Positions 1-8,461 of a stretch of 64,000 bases of DNA are shown here, one piece after another. The stretch is from Rhodothermales bacterium (GTDB lineage Bacteria; Bacteroidota; Rhodothermia; Rhodothermales; BA12): assembly GCA_963841855.1 (NCBI GenBank), contig CAWJEJ010000001.1:1042789-1106788 (forward strand), read 5' to 3'. Position 1 is the stretch's first letter, and every line of letters starts with the position of its first letter. The notes below the pieces were generated by a model. It ran no database searches and was not told where the DNA came from. It saw only the letters and a program-made list of their open reading frames with translations. The position numbers were made by a program, and so were the translations under genes.

Positions 1-192
1 GTAGTTCATGTCGAGCAGGACCACGTCGAAGCGGTTCTCGCGCATCAGCGTCGGCAAGCTCGCAGGCGAGGTGGCCGTCTGGACGGCGGCGACGTGTCCG
101 GTCAACAGTAGGCGGATGGCGGTGAGCACGTCTTCGTTATCGTCCACGACGAGGACGCGGACGGTGGAGAGATCGGAGGCAGAGACAGACAT
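1..192 (-). CDS. response regulator, N-terminal receiver (REC) domain; gene continues past the left edge
   Basis: The reverse complement of 1-192 reads MSVSASDLSTVRVLVVDDNEDVLTAIRLLLTGHVAAVQTATSPASLPTLMRENRFDVVLLDMNY (ATG = complement of 190-192). It has the acidic DD pair and the phospho-acceptor Asp in LLDMNY of CheY-like receivers. It is missing from the ORF track because the window edge truncates it. Confidence 0.7.
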   Translation of the reverse strand, partial: MSVSASDLSTVRVLVVDDNEDVLTAIRLLLTGHVAAVQTATSPASLPTLMRENRFDVVLLDMNY

Positions 193-262
193 CGAAGGCG
201 GTGAGGTGCGGAAGGGTACGCGTGCGATGCGAGCTAAGGCAATCGCCGCGCCGCAGTCAACC

Positions 263-286
263 GTAGGGGCGACTCGCCGAGTCGCC
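263..286 (-). repeat. REP-like element (GC-rich hairpin + CTAC), B type; CTAC end faces the regulator gene start
   Basis: The plus strand reads gtaggggcgactcgccgagtcgcc. Its reverse complement ggcgactcggcgagtcgcccctac is identical to the copy at 21013-21036. Confidence 0.7.
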
Positions 287-348
287 TTGAGGCCCGGTAC
301 CCGACCAAATCGCGATGGAAGGCAAAGCCCGGAGTATTCGCTGAGGAT

Positions 349-383
349 GGAGATCGCCACGTCGCTGCGCTCCTCGCGATGAC
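349..383 (-). repeat. dispersed 35-nt repeat, D type (gtcatcgcgaggagcRcagcgacgtggcgatctcc)
   Basis: ggagatcgccacgtcgctgcgctcctcgcgatgac is the reverse complement of the 62349-62383 copy, with 1 mismatch. Confidence 0.7.
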
Positions 384-475
384 GAAAGGACTACGACCGT
401 TCGCCGCCGCGCGGTGGGTGTCCGCAGGCGTACAGTTAGCACGCTGGGAACGGCCTCAGAGCGGGTTGCACGGGC

Positions 476-491
476 GGGCACGGCTATTGGA
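476..491 (+). promoter_or_regulatory. weak sigma-54 -24/-12-like motif upstream of the secreted-protein gene
   Basis: GGGCACGGCTATTGGA compared with consensus TGGCACG-N4-TTGCW. GGCACG and the spacing are correct, but the -12 element reads TTGG rather than TTGC. It lies 32 nt upstream of ATG 523. Confidence 0.2.
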
Positions 492-522
492 GATTGTCAG
501 GTACAATCAAACCCCGCCCGCC

Positions 523-945
523 ATGACGCGCCTCGCCTCCCTCCTCCTCGTCCTACTGATGACCACGCCGGTCTACGCGCAATCGACGGTCCAGGTGATC
601 GACAACCGCTACGATTCGTCCGATTACCCAGCGATGCGGACGAGCTTTGAAGTCAGCGTGCGGTACGCATCGGCGGCTGGGCTGACCAACCTGGGGACGC
701 TGCTCGAACTCGTCAACGCGCAGCCCAACCTGACACGCGCCGAACTCAACGGCAACGGCGACCAGGCCCGGTTGAGCGTCCGCTTCTCGTTCGCTACGAG
801 CGACGAACTCAACGCCTTCGTAGAGCGAGCAGAGACGACCGAGATGCTGGATCGCATTCGCGCGATCAACCCCGAGACGTTCGCCTATGAACTCGACATC
901 CGCAAGCGCCAGCCGAGCGGCACGACCCAGCGGTTCAACCGATAA
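523..945 (+). CDS. small secreted protein of unknown function
   Basis: Internal ATG of ORF 379-945. The N-terminus MTRLASLLLVLLMTTPVYAQ looks like a cleavable signal peptide. No domain recognised. Confidence 0.6.
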   Translation: MTRLASLLLVLLMTTPVYAQSTVQVIDNRYDSSDYPAMRTSFEVSVRYASAAGLTNLGTLLELVNAQPNLTRAELNGNGDQARLSVRFSFATSDELNAFVERAETTEMLDRIRAINPETFAYELDIRKRQPSGTTQRFNR

Positions 946-992
946 CCGCTGCACGAGCGACGTTTCTACGAAGAGATTTTATTTCAGCTGAT

Positions 993-2309
993 ATGTCTAT
1001 TCTAACGCAACCTCTGATCACGACGTCGGGCGACGGCGGCCCCGTCCGTGGCACGGGCGAGGGCAAAGACGTAGAGCGCGCGCCGAAACCGATCTGGCGC
1101 AAGTGGCTGCCCTACGGCATCGGCGCGCTCGTCGTGCTGCTGCTGATCGCGGCAGCGGTGTGGGCGGGGCGCGGCGGCCAGCGGCTCCGCGTCGACGAGG
1201 ACCGGCTGCGGATTTCGACGGTGGCTAGCGGCGATTTCCTCGAATACGTCGCCGTCAACGCGACGGCTCAGCCGCTGCGGACGATCTACCTCGACGCCGT
1301 CGTCGGTGGGCAGGTGCGCGAACGGTTCGTCGAGGAAGGCGCCATTGTCGAAGCGGGGACACCGCTGTTGCGCTTGGAAAACGACGACCTGACGCTGCGC
1401 CAGATGCAGTCCGAGGCGTCGATGGCTGAGCAGGCCAACGGCATCCGCAACACGCGACTGGCGCTCGACCAAAACCAACTCAACCTGTCGCAGCAGCTCG
1501 CCCAACTCGACTACGATTTGGGCCGAGCCCAGCGCGAACACGACCGGCTCAGCGGCCTGTTCAACCAGGGTCTCGTTCCCGCACGTGAGTACGAAGCCGC
1601 GCGCGACGAACTGGCCTACCTCAGCCGCCGCCGCGACCTGACGCTCCAAAGCCACCGCCAAGACTCGATCACCCGGTCCACTCAGATCGACCAGATGCGC
1701 GGCCAGATGAATCGGTTGCAAGACAACATGTCGTTCCTCGGCCAGACCGTCGACAACCTGATCGTGCGCGCTCCGGTCGCCGGACAGCTGACGAGCCTGG
1801 ACGCCGAGATCGGCGAGCTCAAAGGAGCGGGCAGCAGATTAGGTCAAATCGACATGATCGGCGGCTTCCGGCTGGTCGCGCAGATCGACGAGCATTACGT
1901 CGCACGCGTCGCGCCTGGCCAGCAGGCGACGGCGACGATCAGCGGGACCGACTACGAACTCGAAGTGCGCAAGGTCTACCCCGAAGTCGCCAACGGCCGC
2001 TTTCAGGTCGACCTGGTGTTCTTGGGCGAGGCGCCGCCGTCGCTGCGTCGCGGACGATCCGTACAGGTGCGACTGCAACTGGGTCAGCCCGAGCAGGCGC
2101 TGCTCCTCGAACGCGGCGGCTTCTTCCAGGCGACGGGCGGGCGCTGGGCCTACGTCGTCCGGGGCGGCGAGGCCGTACGCGTACCGATCACGCTGGGCCG
2201 CCAGAACCCGCTCTTTTTCGAAGTCACTGACGGCCTCGCGCCCGGCGACCGCGTCGTGACCTCCAGCTACGACACGTTCGGCGACGCCGACGTGCTGGTG
2301 CTGAACTAG
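993..2309 (+). CDS. HlyD/MacA-type periplasmic adaptor (membrane fusion protein)
   Basis: 438-aa ORF with one N-terminal TM helix (YGIGALVVLLLIAAAVWA), a lipoyl-like hairpin (GGQVRERFVEEGAIVEAGTPLLRLEND), a long coiled-coil stretch and a beta-rich C-terminus. It sits directly upstream of an ABC ATPase. Confidence 0.8.
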   Translation: MSILTQPLITTSGDGGPVRGTGEGKDVERAPKPIWRKWLPYGIGALVVLLLIAAAVWAGRGGQRLRVDEDRLRISTVASGDFLEYVAVNATAQPLRTIYLDAVVGGQVRERFVEEGAIVEAGTPLLRLENDDLTLRQMQSEASMAEQANGIRNTRLALDQNQLNLSQQLAQLDYDLGRAQREHDRLSGLFNQGLVPAREYEAARDELAYLSRRRDLTLQSHRQDSITRSTQIDQMRGQMNRLQDNMSFLGQTVDNLIVRAPVAGQLTSLDAEIGELKGAGSRLGQIDMIGGFRLVAQIDEHYVARVAPGQQATATISGTDYELEVRKVYPEVANGRFQVDLVFLGEAPPSLRRGRSVQVRLQLGQPEQALLLERGGFFQATGGRWAYVVRGGEAVRVPITLGRQNPLFFEVTDGLAPGDRVVTSSYDTFGDADVLVLN

Positions 2310-2314
2310 CCCTT

Positions 2315-2410
2315 GGTCGTCGCGAGCGCAGCGTGGCAATCTCCATGCTCTGCTGCTGCCTCGAAGATCGCCGCGCTGCTGCGCTCGTCGCGATGGCAAT
2401 CTGGGAGCTC
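2315..2410. repeat. composite of degenerate D-type repeat copies in both orientations
   Basis: ggtcgtcgcgagcgcagcgtggcaatctcc, then agatcgccgcgctgctgcgctcgtcgcgatggcaatctgg. Both are related to the 349-383 and 62349-62383 copies. Confidence 0.5.
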
Positions 2411-2438
2411 AGCGCTCTCTCCTTTCCTCTTCATTTAC

Positions 2439-2466
2439 CTCCGACGCAGCATGCTGCGTCGCTACA
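2439..2466 (+). repeat. REP-like element, A type (perfect palindrome gacgcagcatgctgcgtc followed by gctaca)
   Basis: ctccgacgcagcatgctgcgtcgctaca is identical over 28 nt to 3339-3366. It ends 15 nt before ATG 2482. Confidence 0.8.
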
Positions 2467-2481
2467 ATACAACCCGAAACC

Positions 2482-3235
2482 ATGGAAACGCCCACGATCA
2501 CTCCGACTGCTCCGGCTGCTGTTAAAAACGGCGGCGGCACGCTCATCCAGACGCAGGACATGACCAAGGTGTACCGCACCGAATCGGTCGAGACGCAGGC
2601 GCTGGCGGGCGTCTCGCTCGGCGTCAACCGGGGCGCGTTCGTGGCGCTGATGGGGCCGTCCGGCTGCGGCAAGTCGACGCTGCTCAACATCTTGGGCATG
2701 CTCGATCAGCCGTCCAACGGCAAGTACCTGTTCGACGGGCAGGACATCGCGCAGGCCGGGGAGTCGCAGCGGGCCAAACTGCGGCGTGGACGCATCGGGT
2801 TCGTGTTTCAGAGCTTCAACCTGATCGACGATCTGACGGTCTACGAAAACGTCGAGTTGCCGCTGCTCTACCTCAAAACCGACAAGGCCGAGCGCAAGGC
2901 TAGGGTCGAAGCCGCCCTGGACCGCGTCGCGATGCTGCACCGTCGGAGCCACCACCCGCAGCAGCTATCGGGCGGTCAGCAGCAGCGTGTCGCCATTGCA
3001 CGCGCCGTCGTCGCCTCTCCCCCGCTCATTCTCGCTGACGAACCGACGGGTAACCTCGACTCCAAGAACGGCGCCGAGGTGATGAAGCTGCTCGTCGAAC
3101 TCAACGAGGCCGGGCACCACTATCGTGATGGTGACGCACTCGGCCATCGACGCCGAGTACGCGCACCGCGTCGTCAACCTGTTCGACGGGCGCATCGTGA
3201 GCGAGCACTTCGCCAACCAGACAGTCGCGGCGTGA
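2482..3235 (+). pseudogene. ABC transporter ATP-binding protein (MacB/LolD-type), interrupted by one frameshift
   Basis: Walker A GPSGCGKST, signature LSGGQQQRV and Walker B LILADEPT are all present. After ...ELNEAG the frame is lost at the G run 3112-3114. The next forward frame, entered at ggc 3113-3115 (one base into the original frame), reads [40 protein letters not shown] and stops at 3233-3235, which is the normal C-terminus of this family. Confidence 0.8.
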
Positions 3236-3338
3236 CCTCGCTGGCTGCGTTCAACCGCTCCCGCACCGACGGGGCATGCCGCGTCGCCCACGCGGACACC
3301 GCCCGCCTCCCTTAGCCTCCACGCTCTGGCGTGATTCT

Positions 3339-3366
3339 CTCCGACGCAGCATGCTGCGTCGCTACA
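3339..3366 (+). repeat. REP-like element, A type
   Basis: ctccgacgcagcatgctgcgtcgctaca. It ends 11 nt before the proposed GTG start at 3378. Confidence 0.8.
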
Positions 3367-3377
3367 TCTCTCTGATC

Positions 3378-5778
3378 GTGCACGCCATTCGCCTCGCTTT
3401 CCGCCGGTTGCGCCGGCATCCTGGGTTCACGCTGCTCAACGCGTCGGGACTGGCGATTGGGCTGGCGTGCGCGCTGCTGGCGCTGTTCTACATCCGCGAC
3501 GAGATACGCGTCGACCGCTTCCACGAGGATGCCGACCGGATCTACTCGGTCGTCATGACCGACACGCTGCTCGCGCCCGAGACGCCGTCGACGCCCTACC
3601 CGCTGGGGCTGGCGCTGGCGGATCAGGCCGAGGTGACGAGCGTGATGCGGCGCAGCAGCGGTTGGCCTACGCGGATGCGGATAGCAGGAGCGACAAGCGA
3701 AATCCGCCCGCGCGTGCTGATGACCGACGCGGGCTTCTTCGACTTCTTCTCGTTTCCCCTCGTCAGCGGATCGCCTCAGCCCCTCGCCGATCTGAGCGGA
3801 CTGGTGCTCACGCCCGAGACCGCGCAGATGCTGTTCGGCGATGCGAATGCGATGGGCCGCGTCGTCGAAGTATTCAAGCCGTGGCCGACTCCGACGTGGG
3901 TGCCGCTGACGGTGACGGCCATCGCCGCTCCGCCACCCGCGCACTCGACGATTGGGTTTGGTGCCGTCGCCCGCTTCGAGTCGTTGCGCGACGGCTACGA
4001 CGACCCGGACAGCTGGGGCATGAGCAGCTACCGCAGCTACGTCCGGCTCGCGCCCGAGCATCGACGGGGCCGCGTACGCTGCCGGACTTCCCAGCCGCAT
4101 CCAGGCCGTCGACCCCGTCGCCGATCACGTGGGGCGGTCGCCGGTTCGCCGCGCTGCCGATGACGGATTTCTACCTGTCGGGCATCGAGGAGAGCAGCAC
4201 GTTCACGGGCAAGGCAGGCTACATGAAGCTGTTCGGGGCGATTGCGCTCGTCATCCTGCTGATCGCGATTCTCAACTACGTCAACCTCGCCACGGCGAGC
4301 GGCATGCGGATGGCGCGCGAAGTCGGCGTGCGCAAGGCGGTCGGTTCGGGGCGCGGGCAGGTGGCGCGCGGGCTGCTCGTCGAGGCGCTCCTGCTCGTCG
4401 GGCTGAGCTTTGCGCTGAGCGTCGGGCTGGTGCTGCTGGCGACGCCTCTGGTCAACGCGTTCTTCGACAAGGGCATCGTGCTCGGCTGGGACGCGCTGCC
4501 GGTGTGGGCGGGCGCGTTCGGGCTGATGATCGGTGTCGGGCTGCTGGCGGGCGCGTATCCGGCCCTCGTGCTGTCGCGCTTCTCTCCGGCGCGCGTGCTC
4601 AAAAGCGGACCGCAGGGTGCCATCGGCGGGACGTGGCTACGCAGAGGACTGGTCGTGACGCAGTTCGCGGCGACGATTGGGCTGCTCGTCTTTACGGGCT
4701 TCGTCTTCCGCCAACTCGACCACGTCGAGAGCCGCTACCCGATGCCGGACGACAGCCGGCTCGCCGTCCTCTCGCTCGAGCGCGAGTGGGGCAAGCGATC
4801 GGCGACCGTCGAACAGGCGCTGGCCGACCTGCCCGGCGTGATCGGAACGGCGGCGTCGACGGGCGTTCCCGGACAGATCGGCAACCGCTACGGCTTCCTC
4901 CCCGACGGCCCGGACGCCGAGTTCGACATCATCGCCGGATTCTTCGGCGACCGCGACTTCGCCGACCTGCTCGGCATGCCGACCGCCCACGAATCGACCG
5001 ACCTCTCGGTCCCCGGCGCGCTCCGCCTGTTCGTCAACGAAGCGGCGATGCAGCGCTCGGCCCTCGACTGGTCGCCCGGCGTGATCTTCCCCGTCGGCGT
5101 GGTCGAAAACGGCGTCGACGGAAGCAAGTCGACCGAGCTGGCGGGCGTGCTGACGGACTTCCCCTACGAATCGCTCCGCGACCCGATTGCGCCGCTGTTC
5201 TACGCCGAAGCGCCCGACACGTCGCGCTTCCTCTACGTCGTGTCCCGAGTGGCGAGCGACAGCGTCGGCGCGTTTGGGGCCGCGCTTCCTGCCGTCTGGT
5301 CGCAGTTCAGCAGCAGCGCGCCCGAGGTCGAGTTCGTCGACGATTACGTGGCCGAGTTGTACGAAGCCGAGACCAAACTGGCGCAACTGGTGACGCTGCT
5401 CGCCATCGTCGGCCTTCTGGTGGCGTGCCTCGGCCTGTTCGGACTGGCGGCCCACGCGGCGGCGCAGAGGCGCAAGGAAATCAGCGTCCGCAAGGTGCTG
5501 GGCGCAGGCGTCGGCCGGGCTGATCGGTCGGTTGTCGCGCGAGTTCGCCCTGCTCGTCGGCGTGGCGTTCCTCGTCGCCGCGCCGGTCTCGTACGTGCTC
5601 GTATCGGACTGGCTCGACGGCTTCGTCGACCGGACGTACAGTGGGTCCGGGCGTGTTCGCGGGCGTGCTGGCGCTGGTGCTCGTGCTGGCGCTCGTGACC
5701 GTCAGCTACCACGCGTGGCAGGCGGCGACGCGCAACCCCGCCGACGTGCTGCGCGAGCGAATAAAATCGGTGGTCTAG
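3378..5778 (+). pseudogene. duplicated MacB/FtsX-type ABC permease P1, at least 5 frame disruptions
   Basis: The start is inferred as GTG 3378 (VHAIRLAFRRLRRHPGFTLLN) by alignment to P2 MHTLRIAV and P3 MHSIRLAL. The paralog-like sequence can be followed only by switching forward frames near 4059, 4129, 5510, 5640 and 5755. Both FtsX modules are present (NYVNLATASGMRMAREVGVRKAVGS and LGLFGLAAHAAAQRRKEISVRKVLGA). Confidence 0.75.
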
Positions 5779-5826
5779 CTGGTCGTCTGCGGCCTGTTAG
5801 GCTTGCGACGGGACGTCACCTTCTTA

Positions 5827-5856
5827 GGGCGACGAAGGCGTCGCCCCTACACCTCC
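5827..5856 (+). repeat. REP-like element, B type (ggcgac-N-gtcgcc hairpin + cctaca)
   Basis: gggcgacgaaggcgtcgcccctacacctcc. The CTACA ends 10 nt before ATG 5862. Confidence 0.75.
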
Positions 5857-5861
5857 TGATC

Positions 5862-8270
5862 ATGCACACGCTTCGCATCGCTGTTCGCCGGTTGGTTCGG
5901 CATCCTGGATTCACGCTCGCTCAACGCGTTCGGGTCTGGCCGTCGGGCTGGCGTGCGCGCTGCTGGCGCTGTTCTACATCCGCGACGAAACGCGCGTCGA
6001 CCGCTTCCACGCGATGCCGACCGATCCTCGCCGTCACACTGACCGACAGCACGCTGACGAATGGCGATACCTACCTGTCATATCCGGTCGCCGATGCGGT
6101 CGCCAATCTGCCGCAGGTCGAGCAGGCGATTCGGGTGACCGGGTCGCGAACGAGCCGGTTGCGGGTGCCGGGGAGCGATAGCGAGATCGAGAAGCGCCGT
6201 ACTGTTCACCGAGGCGGGCTTTTTCGAGATGTTCTCGTTTCCATTGTCGGCGGGCAATCCGTCCTCGGCACTGAGAGAGCCGAACGAGATCGTTCTGACG
6301 CCCAAGTCGGCGGCAGCGCTGTTCGGCGAGGCCGATCCGGTCGGGCAGACGGTCGAGTACTTCCGATCCGAGCTGGAACGGACCGGGCGAGTGGATTCCG
6401 CTGACCGTCACTGCCATCGCCCTGGCGCCGCCGCACCACTCGACGATCCAGTTCGAGTCGGTCGCCCGGTTCGAGGCGCGCAACGACGACACCTACGGCG
6501 ATCCGGACAGCTGGGGCAATCAGTGGCTCCAAACGTACGCGCGTCTCGTGCCCGGATCGGACGCTGCAGCGTTCGTGGCGGGCATGCCGGATCAGATGGC
6601 GAGCGCCGATCCCGAGCAACACCGACGACAGCTTTTGGGGCCAGCGTTACTACGTGCCCGTCCCCATCGCCGACGTGTACTTCTCGGTCGACCGGTATGG
6701 CAGCCAGTTCACTGGGCAAGCGGCGTTCATGCGACTTGTTCGGGCTGATCGCGCTGGCCGTCTTGATCATCGCTGTTCTCAACTACGTCAACCTCGCCAC
6801 GGCGCGCGGACTGCGGATGGCGCGCGAGGTCGGCGTGCGCAAAGCCGTCGGCGCCGGGCGCGGACAGGTGGCGCGTCAGACTGCTCGTCGAGGCGCTGCT
6901 GCTGGTGTCGCTCGCGTTCGTCGTCGCCGTCGGGATCGTGCTGCTGGCGCTGCCGCTGTTCAACACGTTCTTCGGCAAGAGAAGTCGTGCTGGGCTGGGA
7001 CGCGACTACCGGTCTGGGCGGGCGCGCTCGTCCTGATGCTCGACGTCGGGCTGCTGGCGGGCGCATATCCGGCCCTCGTGCTGTCGCGCTTCGACCCGGC
7101 GCGCGTGCTCAAAAGCGGACCGTCGGGTGCCATCGGCGGAACGTGGCTGCGCAGAGGACTTGTCGTGGCGCAGTTCGCGGCGACGATCGGGCTGCTCGTC
7201 TTCACGGCTTCGTCTTCCGGCAACTCGACTTCATCCAGAACAGCTACCAACTCCCCGACGACGCGCGGCTAGCCGTCCTGCGCACGCCCGACGAGTGGGG
7301 CAACGCGCACGCCAAACGATCAAAGCCGCGCTGGCCGATCTACCGGGCGTGCAAGGCGACCGCAGCGACGAGTGCCGTCCCGGGAAGGGTCGGGATGCGC
7401 TTCGGCATTACGCAGGAAGGCAAGGAGCCGCTGATGATGGCCGTCGTGTCGGCCGACACGCGATTACATGGACCTGATGAGTCTGCCGATGGAGCACGAC
7501 GCGCCCATATCCGGCTCGGATTCGCCGACGCGCGTCTACGCCAACGAGTCGCTGCTGCGAGCGATGGACAAAGAGTGGTCGCCGGAGCTCACGATCCCGG
7601 TCGGCCCCAACGCGTACGGGGGCATGTCGTCGGGCGAGGCGTCGCCGCTGGCGGGCGTGATGACCGACCTGCCGTACGAGTCGCTGCGCGAGCCGATCCA
7701 GCCGATGTTCATCGCCGAGATGCCGGACACGACCGATTTCTCGTACGTCGTCGCCAAAGTGGGCGAGGCGACCTGGAGGCGTTTCAGGCCGCGCTGCCGG
7801 GCGTCTGGTCTCAGTTCAGCGGCAAGGCGCTCGACGTGTCGTTCGTCGACGATTACGTCGCCAAGCTGTACGAGGGCGAGACCAAACTGGCCCAACTGGT
7901 GACGCTGCTGGCGTTCGTCGCCCTGCTGGTGGCGTGCCTGGGTCTGTTCGGACTGGCGGCGCACTCGGCGACGACCAAGCGCAAGGAGATCAGCGTGCGC
8001 AAGGTGCTCGGCGCGGGCGTGGCCGGGCTGATCGGTAGGCTGACGCGCGAGTTCGCGCTGCTCGTCGGCGTCGCGTTTTTGATCGCCGCTCCGGTCGCCT
8101 ACCTGCTCACGTCGCGCTGGCTCGAGGGCTTCGCCGATCGCACGCCGGTCGGTCCCGGCGTGTTCGCGCTCGTGCTGGGCGCGACGCTGCTGCTGGCGCT
8201 CGTGACAGTCAGCTGGCACGCGTGGCAGGCGGCGACGCGCAATCCCGCCGACGTGCTGCGCGACGAATAG
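5862..8270 (+). pseudogene. duplicated MacB/FtsX-type ABC permease P2, heavily frameshifted (about 13-15 frame switches by manual tracing)
   Basis: Starts MHTLRIAVRRLVRHPGFTL and ends ...NPADVLRDE at 8270. In between, the conserved sequence is spread over ORFs 5532-6404, 6229-7272, 6548-6748, 6654-8270, 7127-7477 and 7468-7902 in all three forward frames. By eye it is a close nucleotide match to P1 in blocks such as 7050-7240 versus 4541-4725. Confidence 0.75.
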
Positions 8271-8361
8271 GCGATTCCGTCCGCCCACGCACGGTCGGCT
8301 GTTCGGTGGCGGACGGTCGGCCGAGTCATGATTAGGCGACTGGGGCGCGGTTTCGAGGCGG

Positions 8362-8377
8362 CGGCACGGGCTTGGCG
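8362..8377 (+). promoter_or_regulatory. candidate sigma-54 -24/-12 promoter in the P3 leader
   Basis: CGGCACGGGCTTGGCG compared with TGGCACG-N4-TTGCW. GGCACG is present and the GG and GC dinucleotides are at the correct spacing; there is one mismatch in TTGC. It lies 85 nt upstream of ATG 8462. Confidence 0.3.
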
Positions 8378-8423
8378 CGGTGGTCGGGCGTCGGCTCGGT
8401 TTGCAGGGCTACTTCGACATCAG

Positions 8424-8456
8424 AGGCGACGCACGCGTCGCCCCTACATCACCTCC
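8424..8456 (+). repeat. REP-like element, B type
   Basis: aggcgacgcacgcgtcgcccctacatcacctcc. The CTACA ends 13 nt before ATG 8462. Confidence 0.75.
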
Positions 8457-8461
8457 CGTTC

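Noticed and set aside
2333-2348. TGGCAATCTCCATGCT, a sigma-54-like motif with correct GG/GC spacing upstream of the first ATPase gene
   Set aside because: It is the core of a D-type dispersed repeat (compare gtggcgatctcc at 349-383 and 62349-62383). The resemblance is most simply a by-product of the repeat sequence, so it is not reported as a promoter.
3105-3120. Programmed ribosomal frameshift in the ATPase gene
   Set aside because: There is no slippery heptamer and no downstream structure. The break is a simple G-run length change and lies next to more than 20 similar breaks in the neighbouring genes.
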